Positions 1 to 9,522 of a stretch of 64,000 nucleotides of DNA are shown here, in pieces (the first letter of the stretch is position 1; the number at the start of each line of letters is the position of its first letter). The DNA comes from Candidatus Hopanoidivorans cymbastelae. Its GTDB lineage: Bacteria > Actinomycetota > Acidimicrobiia > Acidimicrobiales > Hopanoidiivorantaceae. The position numbers were made by a program, and so were the translations under genes. The stretch spans positions 6,175 through 70,174 of the forward strand of contig JAPYNY010000053.1 of the NCBI GenBank assembly GCA_028283145.1, in the 5' to 3' direction. Below the pieces are notes generated by a model. It saw nothing but the letters and a program-made list of their open reading frames with translations, ran no database searches and was not told where the DNA came from.

Positions 1-1
1 C

Positions 2-1840
2 TTCGGCCGACCTGAAGTGCTACAGCATTTGTGGTCGCTAGCTGTAGAGGAGCAGTTCTATCTGCTGTGGCCGCTCCTGTTTTTTGCGGGAATGCGACTG
101 TTCAAGCGCACAGGTTTTACAATCGTTGTAGCCATAGGGATTGTGGCTTCCACCGCTTGGATGTGGCTGCTGTTTGAACCACTGCAAGATCCGTCTCGCA
201 TCTACTACGGCACTGACACACGAGCTTCCGGCCTCTTGCTGGGTGCACTGTTGGCGCTGCTTTGGCGGCCTTGGCTGTTCGCAGGCAACGATGGCGCAGC
301 CGAAACTGGTGCTGAAACCGCCACAACCGCCGCCAGCACATCCAAAAAACTGCGGCTGGCGGCCAACATAGCTGGGCCGTTGGCCTTGGCAGGGGTTGTC
401 TGGTGGTGTGTCTATCTCACGGAGTTGGACGAAGGCCTCTACAAAGGCGGATTCTTGTGGCTGGCAGCTACAACCGCACTGCTGATTGCAGCCATTGCAG
501 TGCCCAACACTTGGTTTGGCAAGGTCATGGACAACCCTGTGATGCGCTGGGTCGGAGTGCGCTCCTATGCTATTTATCTGTGGCACTGGCCTGTGTTCGT
601 GTTCACCCGTCCAAGATTTGATGTAACCATAGACGGCTGGCCACTCCACGTCATAAGAGTGGGCGCCTCGCTGTTGCTGGCCGACCTCTCATATCGGTTG
701 GTAGAAAATCCCATCCGCACCCGTCAACTGCGCCCGACCTTCAAACGCTGGGTTGGGGAACTCCGCCAAAGCTGGCGCGGATATCTCACCCCACTGGGTG
801 CGGTGACTTCAGTAACGCTTGTGGTAGCTGTCATCATCGTGCCCCAAGTGTCTCACACAACGCCTGCTCTAACAGGAAACTATTTCATTTTGGAGTTGGA
901 TGACACCCCTGAAGCGGTGGTTCAACCGCTCGGCGGCGCTCAAGGAGCTTCAGGTGGCAACCCTCCAGCAAATGAGCCAACTCCCACCGATTTGCCTCCC
1001 GCCAATCGGCTTCCGGCCGATCCGCCTCCAAGAAATCCAGGTTCAAACAGCAACCCTGCAACACCTGCCAACCCCAACCAAACAGACAACGCACCTCCAG
1101 ATACAGACGGGACCCAAGTCAATCCCCCAAATCCGCTTCCTGAATCTCCCAACGCTACTGCGACTAGCACTCCCAACGAGCAGCAGCCTCCTACCACCTT
1201 TGGCTTGCCCATCTTGCCCTCTGAAAGAACTCCGCCTGCCACCACTGCTCCTAATCGGCCTGTCCCTGTCCCGGTGCGACCCGCCCCTGCTCCGGCCTCG
1301 GGTGCAGACGCAGACGACGACCCAACTCAGTTTGCCCCGCCTCCTGGAAACTGGGGCGACACTCAACCCCAGATCACAGCCTTCGGCGACTCGGTCATGC
1401 TGGGGGCGAGAGCCTTTTTGGTGCGGGAATTCGGCGAGCAGATAACTGTGGATGCAGTAGTCAGTCGGCAGTTCTTGCAGCTACCCAAAGTCATCCAGCA
1501 ATACCGTGAAAATCCACAAAACCCGCCTTTGGGCGATGTGGTGCTGATCCATCTCGGCTCCAACGGCTACCTGAACTCCAAAGTCTTCAACCAGACGATG
1601 GAGCAACTCTCCGACATTCCCAGGGTGCTGTTTGTCAATGTTCGCGTACCCAGAGTTTGGGAGTCTGAAGTAAACAAGCAGCTAGCAGCCGGCGTGGAGC
1701 GCTGGGAAAACGCCTATCTAGTGGATTGGCACGGCTATTCAGAAGGCAAAGAGCAAGAGTGGCTGAATTCCCGCGATGGCGTGCACATGGTGCCCGAGGG
1801 GGCTAGAGCCTACACCCGCCTTGTCGGAGCAAGTTTGTAA
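2..1840 (+). CDS. Acyltransferase family 3 (OafA/YrhL-like) membrane domain, C-terminal part, joined by a ~170-aa Pro/Asn-rich linker to an SGNH/GDSL-type hydrolase domain; 5' end lies outside the window
   Basis: The frame is open from the window edge. It carries the 'HLWSLAVEEQFYLLWP' acyltransferase_3 signature and several TM stretches, then SGNH-like blocks 'ITAFGDSVMLG', 'IHLGSNG' and 'RDGVH'. Confidence 0.75.
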   Translation, partial: FGRPEVLQHLWSLAVEEQFYLLWPLLFFAGMRLFKRTGFTIVVAIGIVASTAWMWLLFEPLQDPSRIYYGTDTRASGLLLGALLALLWRPWLFAGNDGAAETGAETATTAASTSKKLRLAANIAGPLALAGVVWWCVYLTELDEGLYKGGFLWLAATTALLIAAIAVPNTWFGKVMDNPVMRWVGVRSYAIYLWHWPVFVFTRPRFDVTIDGWPLHVIRVGASLLLADLSYRLVENPIRTRQLRPTFKRWVGELRQSWRGYLTPLGAVTSVTLVVAVIIVPQVSHTTPALTGNYFILELDDTPEAVVQPLGGAQGASGGNPPANEPTPTDLPPANRLPADPPPRNPGSNSNPATPANPNQTDNAPPDTDGTQVNPPNPLPESPNATATSTPNEQQPPTTFGLPILPSERTPPATTAPNRPVPVPVRPAPAPASGADADDDPTQFAPPPGNWGDTQPQITAFGDSVMLGARAFLVREFGEQITVDAVVSRQFLQLPKVIQQYRENPQNPPLGDVVLIHLGSNGYLNSKVFNQTMEQLSDIPRVLFVNVRVPRVWESEVNKQLAAGVERWENAYLVDWHGYSEGKEQEWLNSRDGVHMVPEGARAYTRLVGASL

Positions 1841-1885
1841 GCCAGAGCCAGTATGCCGGCTGAGCCAGAGTTGGGCCAGCCCAAC

Positions 1886-2902
1886 TTAGCCCAGCACCAC
1901 TTCGGCAACCTGTCTCAAATCTTCCTTGTTGCGAGCCCCTACGGTCAGCATCGTAACAGGGCTTTCGCGCCAAGCTTCCAAACGTTCCTTGACGCGGCCG
2001 GCCGGCCCGACAATGCTAATCTCGTCGGCAAATTCCTCAGGCACTGTGGCTATGGCTTCTTCACGCTTGCCTTCAAAGAACAATGCCTGGATTTTGTAAG
2101 CCTCTTCCTCAAACCCCATGCGAGCCATAAGTTTGGTGTGATAGTTTTGACCCTTGGCTCCCATCCCGCCGATGTAAAAACCCAGCGAAGCCCGTGTGGG
2201 CCAAAGCCCTTCGCTGATGTCATCGCATACCCGCACGGTAGTAGTAACGCAAATTTCAAAGCCCTCCTTGGCTCCAGCTATGTCATCGGCATAGATCTCA
2301 GGGCGAAAGGGGGAATAATACAGCGGAAACCAGCCGTCGGCAATCTCGGTTGTCTGGCGTATGTTCTTGGGCCCCTCAGCTCCTATAAAGATAGGAATAT
2401 CCGACCGCAAAGGATGGGTCATGATCTTCAGCGGCTTGCCCAAACCTTCGCTGCCCTCTCCGAAATAGGGATGCTGAAAAAACTGGCCGTCATAGTTCAG
2501 GTGCGATTCGCGGCGAAACACCTCACGAATGATCTCCACATATTCTTTGGTGCGGGCCAAGGGGCGTTTAGACGGCTGACCATACCAGCCTTCCACAACT
2601 TGTGGGCCAGACACCCCCAAGCCCAAAATCACTCGACCGCCCGACAGGTGGTCGATGGTCATGGTGTGCATGGCCGCGGTGGTGGGAGGACGGGCCGCCA
2701 ACTGCGCCACTGCCGTGCCCAGTCGCACCTTGGAGGTGTGAGCCGCCAGATAAGCCATAGGGGAAAAAGCGTCAGAGCCCCATGATTCGGCAGTCCAAAC
2801 AGTGTCGTAGCCAAGCTTTTCTGCCTCCACCGTAAGCTCCACTAAATTCTGTGGTGGTCGAGCTGTCCAATACCCCCAGTTGAGACCGAGTTTTAAAGTC
2901 AT
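1886..2902 (-). CDS. LLM-class (luciferase-like) F420-dependent oxidoreductase
   Basis: 338-aa ORF. '[24 protein letters not shown]...[12 protein letters not shown]...AM...[25 protein letters not shown]' is typical of the LLM family. Confidence 0.85.
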   Translation of the reverse strand: MTLKLGLNWGYWTARPPQNLVELTVEAEKLGYDTVWTAESWGSDAFSPMAYLAAHTSKVRLGTAVAQLAARPPTTAAMHTMTIDHLSGGRVILGLGVSGPQVVEGWYGQPSKRPLARTKEYVEIIREVFRRESHLNYDGQFFQHPYFGEGSEGLGKPLKIMTHPLRSDIPIFIGAEGPKNIRQTTEIADGWFPLYYSPFRPEIYADDIAGAKEGFEICVTTTVRVCDDISEGLWPTRASLGFYIGGMGAKGQNYHTKLMARMGFEEEAYKIQALFFEGKREEAIATVPEEFADEISIVGPAGRVKERLEAWRESPVTMLTVGARNKEDLRQVAEVVLG

Positions 2903-2929
2903 AACTTTAAAGGTTATACTGAAAGGGCT

Positions 2930-3166
2930 ATGTCAAATAAATGCGATGTAACAGGACGCCAGCCAGCGTTCGGCAACAATATCTCCCACTCCCACCGCAA
3001 AACCAGGCGGCGTTGGAACCCCAACGTCCACAAGCACCGCTTCTGGCTGCCCAGTGAAAAACGCTGGATTACTTTGCGGGTCAGCGCGAAGGGGCTGAAG
3101 ACCATCAACAAGCACGGCATTGAACGAGTGGTGGCACGCTTGCGACAACAAGGCAAGAAAATCTAA
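2930..3166 (+). CDS. rpmB: 50S ribosomal protein L28
   Basis: 78 aa. '[55 protein letters not shown]' matches the L28 pattern. Confidence 0.95.
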   Translation: MSNKCDVTGRQPAFGNNISHSHRKTRRRWNPNVHKHRFWLPSEKRWITLRVSAKGLKTINKHGIERVVARLRQQGKKI

Positions 3167-3174
3167 AAGGAGTT

Positions 3175-3348
3175 ATGGCTATGCCAGCAGGAAGCGACAA
3201 AAGACCGATCATCAAGCTGGTCTCCACGGCTGGGACAGGCTACACCTACGTAACCACCAAGAACCGCATCAACGACCGCGAGCGGATTGAGTTAAAGAAG
3301 TACGACCCGAAAATTCGCAAACACGTGGTGTTCAAGGAAGAAAAGTAG
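3175..3348 (+). CDS. rpmG: 50S ribosomal protein L33 (Cys-less form); not in the ORF track because it is under 60 aa
   Basis: Hand translation gives [63 protein letters not shown] sits at 3167-3172, so the ATG at 3181 may be the true start. Confidence 0.9.
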   Translation: MAMPAGSDKRPIIKLVSTAGTGYTYVTTKNRINDRERIELKKYDPKIRKHVVFKEEK

Positions 3349-3466
3349 CCTTGGCGCCCGGCGCGCTGGGCTCGGCGTGCTAACGCAGTGCCGCCCACTA
3401 GCCCTTCCCTACATCAACCAGCCCCCTGCATAGTCCCCTCAAAATCAACCAGCCCCCCTACCCCCG

Positions 3467-4681
3467 TCAACCAGATTTTGACTTTCTGAGGTCAAACACG
3501 ACTTTGGTTGAACCCAACTCTCCAGCGCACATGGCGTGGCGAATGGCTTCTCGGTAGTCTTCCAGTTTGAAGCTAGCTGTAACCAGCCGTTCCAGTTGCA
3601 ATTCTTCAATCAACTCAAAGGCCAAGTGGAAGGTGTGCCTGCGGGAGTTGTCAGGCAGGGTCTCGGTGCCGTAGGTATAGGCTCCCACCAACTCCACCTC
3701 ACGATGCCACAAGGGAGCCAAATCCACCTTCACCAACCCTGGCATCCCACTTAGCACGATGCGCCCTCTAGGCCTAGTAACGGCTATGGCATCGCTCAGC
3801 GATCTCGAGCTGCCCACCGCATCAATGGTTACATCGGCACCACCGGCCAAGACGTCGCCCAGCATGGAACAGCCACATATCCTTCGCACAGCCCGGCGCA
3901 ACTCCTCTGGGCGGGCTATCATATCGGCCCCAAGCTCTTGGGCTAGCTCTCGCTGAGCGGGATACTTCGCTACTGCCACAATGGTGGAATTGGGGGCAGC
4001 TTTGCGCATGGCTGCCAAAGCACACAAGCCTATAGTGCCTGAGCCTATGACTACTGCCAGACCGATTTCGTTTGACTCCAGCCTCCTGTCAGCCCCCCCA
4101 GCAGCCTTCAGAGCTGCATGTATGCCGCTGGCGCAAGGCTCAACCATGACCGCTGCTTCGTCTGAAAAACTCTCTGGCACGAGATGGATTTGCGAATCAT
4201 GAACCATCAACTCAGACGCCCAGCCGCCACCGGTGCTGACGCAATTGCCGGTTTGTATGCCAGGCTCCAAGCTGCCAGCGATACTGTGGCTGTAGTCGTT
4301 GCCGTCAGCGGGAGCAGCTCCTGCATGTGGGGGCGCAAAACCATGGGCGGCGTGTCCCAGAACTGCGTCTATCACCACCCGTCTGCCGTCTTCCAAGTCG
4401 CCCACTATTTCATGGCCCATCACAAAAGGAAACGACACCAAAGGCTCAAAGTAGCGGGAAGTTTCACAGGATATAGTGGATAGGTCGCTGCCGCAAATCC
4501 CAGACAAGCGCGGGCGCAAACGCTGCCAGCCAAACTCAGCAGGCAAATCTGGCGAGTCAACCAGCGCCAACCGCAGGGGGCTTACCTCTGTGGCCATGTC
4601 TGAAGAAAGCAAGCCAGTGGCACGGGCCGCAGCATAACGCAACTCACTGCGCTCAAACAATAGAGCCTTTATTTTGGCCAT
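3467..4681 (-). CDS. Zinc-binding medium-chain alcohol dehydrogenase family protein
   Basis: 'GICGSDLS...' and 'GHEIVG' Zn-ADH motifs, plus the Rossmann 'VVIGSGTIGL'. Confidence 0.8.
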   Translation of the reverse strand: MAKIKALLFERSELRYAAARATGLLSSDMATEVSPLRLALVDSPDLPAEFGWQRLRPRLSGICGSDLSTISCETSRYFEPLVSFPFVMGHEIVGDLEDGRRVVIDAVLGHAAHGFAPPHAGAAPADGNDYSHSIAGSLEPGIQTGNCVSTGGGWASELMVHDSQIHLVPESFSDEAAVMVEPCASGIHAALKAAGGADRRLESNEIGLAVVIGSGTIGLCALAAMRKAAPNSTIVAVAKYPAQRELAQELGADMIARPEELRRAVRRICGCSMLGDVLAGGADVTIDAVGSSRSLSDAIAVTRPRGRIVLSGMPGLVKVDLAPLWHREVELVGAYTYGTETLPDNSRRHTFHLAFELIEELQLERLVTASFKLEDYREAIRHAMCAGELGSTKVVFDLRKSKSG

Positions 4682-4710
4682 GTGATTACAGGCTAGCTAT
4701 CTTTGGCAAA

Positions 4711-5652
4711 ATGTATATACAGCAGGAGACTATGGCACACTCAGCATCCACGGAAAATGAAACTGCGGCAACTGCACCCATTGGCCGCCCGGCTTCGGGG
4801 GACGGCGCGCCCGAGGGCCCGACGTCTGGCGGTGGCCAACTGGGCGGCGTGCCCGCCAACACCCAGCCAGCTCTGACCGCAACCGAAAAACGAGAATACC
4901 TCAACTCCGCCCTGCTGGCCGACGACCCGACCCAGCCGCTTTGGGACTTGGTCAACAGCGGCTTGGCTGAACAGATTGCGCCTGAACTGCCCCAGTTGTC
5001 GCTGGAGCAAGACCCTGTGCATCGCCACAAGGATGTGCTGGCACACACCATTGCCGTGGTAGCCAAAACCCGACCAGAGTTGACTTTACGACTGGCTGCG
5101 CTGTTTCACGACATTGGCAAACCGGCCACCCGCTCCTACGCCAAGGGCACGGTTACGTTCTACCATCACGAAGCGGTAGGGGCGAAAATCACCAAGCAGC
5201 GGCTGCGAGCCTTGGAATATCCCAAAGACGTTGTGAGAGATGTGGCAGAGTTGGTGCGACTTTCGGGCCGGTTCAAAGGTTATGCCGACGGCTGGAGCGA
5301 CTCAGCTGTGCGCCGATACGTGCGCGATGCCGGGCACCTCTTCGGATTGCTAAATGAACTAGTGCGAAGCGACTGCACCACGCAAAACTCCCGTGTCTAC
5401 GCCCATCTGCAAATGCTGGTTGACCATCTGGAGCAGCGAGTTCAGGATTTGGCCCAAGCTGAACAAAAAGCAGCCGAGCGCCCCCTGCTGGATGGCAACG
5501 CAGTCATGGAGCGACTGGAGATTCCGCCTGGGCCACAGGTGGGTGAGGCTTTGCGGTTCCTGCTGGATTTGAAGCAGACACAACCTGAGTTGAGCGTGGA
5601 AGAAACCGCCGACCAACTAGACGCTTGGTGGGCTAGGCGACAACAAGGCTAA
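4711..5652 (+). CDS. HD-domain protein resembling the C-terminal half of actinobacterial CCA-adding / poly(A) polymerase-family enzymes; no nucleotidyltransferase head
   Basis: 'HRHKDVLAHTIAVV', 'LAALFHDIGKPATR' and 'FYHHEAVGA' HD motifs. The N-terminal ~90 aa is low complexity. Confidence 0.7.
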   Translation: MYIQQETMAHSASTENETAATAPIGRPASGDGAPEGPTSGGGQLGGVPANTQPALTATEKREYLNSALLADDPTQPLWDLVNSGLAEQIAPELPQLSLEQDPVHRHKDVLAHTIAVVAKTRPELTLRLAALFHDIGKPATRSYAKGTVTFYHHEAVGAKITKQRLRALEYPKDVVRDVAELVRLSGRFKGYADGWSDSAVRRYVRDAGHLFGLLNELVRSDCTTQNSRVYAHLQMLVDHLEQRVQDLAQAEQKAAERPLLDGNAVMERLEIPPGPQVGEALRFLLDLKQTQPELSVEETADQLDAWWARRQQG

Positions 5653-5725
5653 CTCCGGCCGTTAGCTCCTCTCCCTGCTAACGCGCGTCCCCCTCTTAAT
5701 CCGCTACCAGAGCTCTCCCAATCCC

Positions 5726-6523
5726 CTACCAGAGTTGGTCGGTATAGGTGTCGGTGCCCACAACCGTGCGGTAAAACGGTGCCGCAAACAGAACCTTGGC
5801 CTTGCCCGACTGCTCCACCGAACTGGCATAGGAGCGGAATTTATCCCAGGAACCTTCAGGCTTTTCATCCAAGAAAAACAACTGCAGCACCCTCTCATCA
5901 CCTCCTGTCGGGCTGCCCAAGTCCATCGGGGAGCCGCCCGAGGCATTGCTGCGGTCAATCGGAGTCCAGTTGACGCAAGAAGCAATGTCTGAACCCTCCA
6001 TCAGAGCCGGCAAAGCCTCGCTGTCCAGATAGTGATGCAGGTCTTCGCTGCTGGTGCCTTCCGACCGCTCCAAAACCACCACTCCCAAACCCTTATAGTG
6101 ATGGTCCAAAGCTAGCTCTATGGGCACTGGGTCAGCGTCTCTGTAGTGTGCCCAAGGGTGTTCATACAGGGCTGTGTGGCGGTGGGTGCGCTCATGGAAG
6201 CCGCGGTCATTCTTATAGAGATCTTGAACTTGCGCTAGAGCCCAGTCAAAGTGCTCCTCGTAGTGGCCGTCCAAAATCCAATAAATCGCCAGATAAGAGC
6301 CGGCATCCACTGGCACGGCTACCGGGCTGTCTTCGGGGAAACGCAAATCCTTCAAGGCACGGGGGGCAACCCAACGACCTCCTGCAAACAGCCACGGGCC
6401 GATCATGCAGCCAGCGTAGAAGTGGTCGCGCTCATACCAGCGGTTGTAGGCCACCTCATGCCCCGGATTTGGGTCAACCATGGTGAATAGCATGCTGCCA
6501 ACGTGTATCGGATGATCATTCAT
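5726..6523 (-). CDS. Conserved hypothetical protein
   Basis: 265-aa ORF with protein-like composition that packs tightly with its neighbours. I recognise no motif. Confidence 0.55.
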   Translation of the reverse strand: MNDHPIHVGSMLFTMVDPNPGHEVAYNRWYERDHFYAGCMIGPWLFAGGRWVAPRALKDLRFPEDSPVAVPVDAGSYLAIYWILDGHYEEHFDWALAQVQDLYKNDRGFHERTHRHTALYEHPWAHYRDADPVPIELALDHHYKGLGVVVLERSEGTSSEDLHHYLDSEALPALMEGSDIASCVNWTPIDRSNASGGSPMDLGSPTGGDERVLQLFFLDEKPEGSWDKFRSYASSVEQSGKAKVLFAAPFYRTVVGTDTYTDQLW

Positions 6524-6570
6524 TTTTGTCTCCTGTGGTGTGCTGGGAAAATTCTGAGTTTAAATCAACT

Positions 6571-7389
6571 TTAGCGCAAGCGCGGGGTGATGCGCTTGCC
6601 TGAGGAAAACGCTGCCTGTCCTTCTTCCATGGCTTGCTTGGAATTGCCGCAGCCGACCAAAGAAGGCGCCATGGCGATGGCTTGAAGACGGGTGGCTTCG
6701 TGCCCAAACCATATAGCCCGTAGCGTGGTCTGAACTGCCAAAGCAGGCTGGGAGGCAATGGATTCTGCCAGCCAGTTGGCGGCGCCGTGCAGCTCCTCCT
6801 TGGGGACTATTTCACTTAGAAAGCCAATCTCCCGGGCACGCTCGGCGGTGAGGCGTTCGTAATTGCCGAGCAGGCTCAGGCGCATGACTTCCCCGAACGG
6901 CATTTTCTGGAGCATCTGGATGGGCTCAAACACCGCACTCATGCCGTAGGTAACATGCGGGTCAAAAAAAGTTGCGTGGTCTGAGGCGATTATGATGTCG
7001 GCTTCGCTCAGCAGGTAGAACGCTCCCCCACAAGCCATCCCGTTTACGGCTGCTATGACTGGTTTCCACAGGTCGCACTGTTTCGGGCCCAGGTCATGTC
7101 CAGGGTCGTCAAACATATAGGGGTTGGAAGTGTTGAACATGTGCTGCTGGTCTTCGCCCAAGTTGGCCATAGCCTCGGCGCGGTCAATGCCGGTGCAAAA
7201 GGCCCTGTCTCCGGCACCAGTCAGCACCGCTGCACGAATCTCATCAGCCGTCCGTAGGTGGCGCCAGACGCTGCGCAGCTCATCTTGCATTTGCTGGTTG
7301 AAGGCGTTGTAGACTTCGGGACGATTCAGCGTGACCCAAGCTACAGCTCCTTTTTCCTCATAGATAATGGTTTCAAAGTTGTGTTCCAT
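6571..7389 (-). CDS. Enoyl-CoA hydratase/isomerase (crotonase) family protein
   Basis: 'VAWVTLNRPEVYNAF...VLTGAGDRAFCTGID' is the crotonase signature. I moved the start to the internal ATG (MEHNFETIIY), which is preceded by GAAAGG. Confidence 0.85.
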   Translation of the reverse strand: MEHNFETIIYEEKGAVAWVTLNRPEVYNAFNQQMQDELRSVWRHLRTADEIRAAVLTGAGDRAFCTGIDRAEAMANLGEDQQHMFNTSNPYMFDDPGHDLGPKQCDLWKPVIAAVNGMACGGAFYLLSEADIIIASDHATFFDPHVTYGMSAVFEPIQMLQKMPFGEVMRLSLLGNYERLTAERAREIGFLSEIVPKEELHGAANWLAESIASQPALAVQTTLRAIWFGHEATRLQAIAMAPSLVGCGNSKQAMEEGQAAFSSGKRITPRLR

Positions 7390-7412
7390 GTTGTGTGCCT
7401 TTCTGTTTTGAA

Positions 7413-7538
7413 TTATTGAATCCGTAGTGCGTAGTGGAAAATTTCTGCTGCAAAATCTTCCCAAGCCACGTCCTCATTAAGAATTTTGTCCAGCAAGAAC
7501 GTTTTTTCAACTCTTAGCTCTCCCAGTCGTTTTTTCAT
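7413..7538 (-). CDS. Possible 41-aa ORF starting 1 nt after the methyltransferase stop codon
   Basis: Hand translation gives MKKRLGELRVEKTFLLDKILNEDVAWEDFAAEIFHYALRIQ*. The junction reads TGA-G-ATG. The sequence is helical and protein-like, but I see no homology. Confidence 0.25.
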   Translation of the reverse strand: MKKRLGELRVEKTFLLDKILNEDVAWEDFAAEIFHYALRIQ

Positions 7539-7539
7539 C

Positions 7540-9048
7540 TCAGGCACCTAGCATCTTCCATCGATAAACGCACTTTCGTAATTCTCTCCGCCCGAAGCGC
7601 CCCATTTGCTGGCTGGCATTACCTTTGCCGCACCGCAAGACGCTGATCTCCTCGCACTCAAAACCAAGCGTCTCTGCAATCTCGCTCAATATCAAATCCA
7701 CCGGAATTTCCTCCCCGTGATATTGCACGTTGTCATTCACCATGACCACACGGCCGCCTGGGATGGTCAGACGAGCCAGCTCAGCTATAACCAAACCCAT
7801 TTCACAGAAGTAATTGGTGACTAGACGAATGATCTGCGGATTATTCAGCGAAGTCCGCACAGCATCAAGGGATGCGATGACTTCACGCAGTGCCGCCTGT
7901 TTTTCAACTGCAATACGAGCCTTGCGGAGAGTTCCGCTATTGGGGTGCGTCTGCGCCAACCACGTTTCTTTAGACCGATTCTCAACCGTAGCCGTGAGCA
8001 TTTTTTGCCTTAACCTGCTAAAGGCAGTTTTGTCGTAACCGAGCCAGGCCAACTCAAGCGCATAAGTTCGGGTGTAGTCGTATCGGTTGGCATAAGGAGG
8101 AGATGTGATCGTAAGACCTATAGACCGGCCTTTTAGTGTCGCCAGCTTGTTCAAAGCTGATCCCTGGATGAACACCGGCTCAGGCTTGCCATCGTAAAGA
8201 GCTTTCAAGGCATCAGTGTCGGTTGCTATTTCTTCAAGACGATTTTGCAAGGCATCGTCAAACTTCGCAACCTCCCCCTTGTGCCAGTGAGCTTTCAAAC
8301 TGCGCCCCGACCGGTAGTCCCAGCGCAGATACTGGCCGTCTTTGCGGGTGTAACTCACGTCTTCCAAGACACTCATGCAGGCAACATCCAGCACAAGCTG
8401 CATGTCTGGATTGGCTATTCCGTCAAGTGCATATCGTGTTCTGGCGATGGCTTCTTCGGTTTCTTCAGGAAATGCCAACTGCGTAATGGGGACGTGGGGA
8501 AAGCAGAACTTGCTATCAACCTTGCGCCCTTTTCGCACAGCCTTCAGCAACGCCTCACCGCAGGCCTCGATGTCAGAGCGGCTGAAACTGCTGGCCACAA
8601 GCGTAATGGCTTTCGCGCAACGTATTCCAACTGGAAGCAACTCAAGGCTGTAAGAAGGGCGCCCACTGGCTGCGGCAGTCAGAGAAGTCGTTCCTATCCC
8701 GCCGAAAGGGTCTAAAACAGGCCCATCTGCTTTCCGGAGCGCAGATTTCACCAGAGCGGTTGAAAAACCTTCCTTGTAGCGCATCCAGCGCAAACCCGGT
8801 TGGGCTTTATTTCCCTGATATGAGACAATTTTTCGAGTCAGTTCAGGGCGTATGACAAGCAATTCCCGATAATCCTCAAGCAAAGCACCGCGCTCAAAAT
8901 TGCTGGCCTCCAACGCAGCTCCGTTGGTGTGCCTTGGTGACACTGAAGGCACATGCAACGTAACCGTCTGAAGTGGCATAGCAGTTGTAGCTTGGCCCAT
9001 TAATTCGGACTCAGAAAGTAGTTGGTTATCGGTCGGATAGTCTTTCAT
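7540..9048 (-). CDS. N6-adenine/N4-cytosine (amino) DNA methyltransferase
   Basis: AdoMet motif I 'VLDPFGGIGTTSLTAA' lies about 200 aa upstream of catalytic motif IV 'ITSPPYANRYDY'. 'GGRVVMVNDN' follows. Confidence 0.8.
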   Translation of the reverse strand: MKDYPTDNQLLSESELMGQATTAMPLQTVTLHVPSVSPRHTNGAALEASNFERGALLEDYRELLVIRPELTRKIVSYQGNKAQPGLRWMRYKEGFSTALVKSALRKADGPVLDPFGGIGTTSLTAAASGRPSYSLELLPVGIRCAKAITLVASSFSRSDIEACGEALLKAVRKGRKVDSKFCFPHVPITQLAFPEETEEAIARTRYALDGIANPDMQLVLDVACMSVLEDVSYTRKDGQYLRWDYRSGRSLKAHWHKGEVAKFDDALQNRLEEIATDTDALKALYDGKPEPVFIQGSALNKLATLKGRSIGLTITSPPYANRYDYTRTYALELAWLGYDKTAFSRLRQKMLTATVENRSKETWLAQTHPNSGTLRKARIAVEKQAALREVIASLDAVRTSLNNPQIIRLVTNYFCEMGLVIAELARLTIPGGRVVMVNDNVQYHGEEIPVDLILSEIAETLGFECEEISVLRCGKGNASQQMGRFGRRELRKCVYRWKMLGA

Positions 9049-9342
9049 GCTGTCGTTTTCTGGCTTCGGCAGGCAAGAATTTTACTCCCCTGTCTAGTAG
9101 CTATTGACAATACTTTGCTGCGGCTGCAAGCCAACCAGTCGGCACCGGCCCCCAGTCGGCAGAAATTTCCAATGCTTGCCAGCCCACATAATTTCATATT
9201 CTGCCAGTCAAGACTCACAGCCCAACGTTTTTGGCCTATTTTGAGGATTCCCCTCCCAAAGCCGCCCCCTAGAAGCTCCATGCAATAGCTACTCCTTACA
9301 ATGCTTTCACAGCTAGCACCCAGTCACAAAGGAGTTAGGTCA

Positions 9343-9474
9343 ATGCCTGTCCATTGCCATTCCATCATTCCCTTCAGAACTACAGCCTGCCTCAAGATAC
9401 TTGCCATTGAAGGCACAACCGCTACCACAGGGAGCGTCACAATGCCGCGACTGGTTTATCAATGCTCTCACTAG
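9343..9474 (+). CDS. Possible 43-aa Cys/His-containing ORF upstream of the PIN gene
   Basis: AAGGAG lies 7 nt before the ATG. Translation: MPVHCHSIIPFRTTACLKILAIEGTTATTGSVTMPRLVYQCSH*. No homology recognised. Confidence 0.2.
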   Translation: MPVHCHSIIPFRTTACLKILAIEGTTATTGSVTMPRLVYQCSH

Positions 9475-9522
9475 CAGCCCATGTGGCAGAAGACAACGTC
9501 CCGATGTGAAAGGAAACTTACA

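Noticed and set aside
900-1445. Multiple overlapping ORFs in all frames (900-1445 plus strand; 940-1245 and 1043-1366 minus strand)
   Set aside because: They arise from the Pro/Asn/Thr-rich low-complexity linker of the acyltransferase-SGNH protein. The main frame is continuous through them.
1853-2785. 310-aa plus-strand ORF
   Set aside because: It is antisense to a clearly recognisable LLM/F420 oxidoreductase gene. The sequence is low-information, and long antisense ORFs of this kind are typical of GC-rich DNA.
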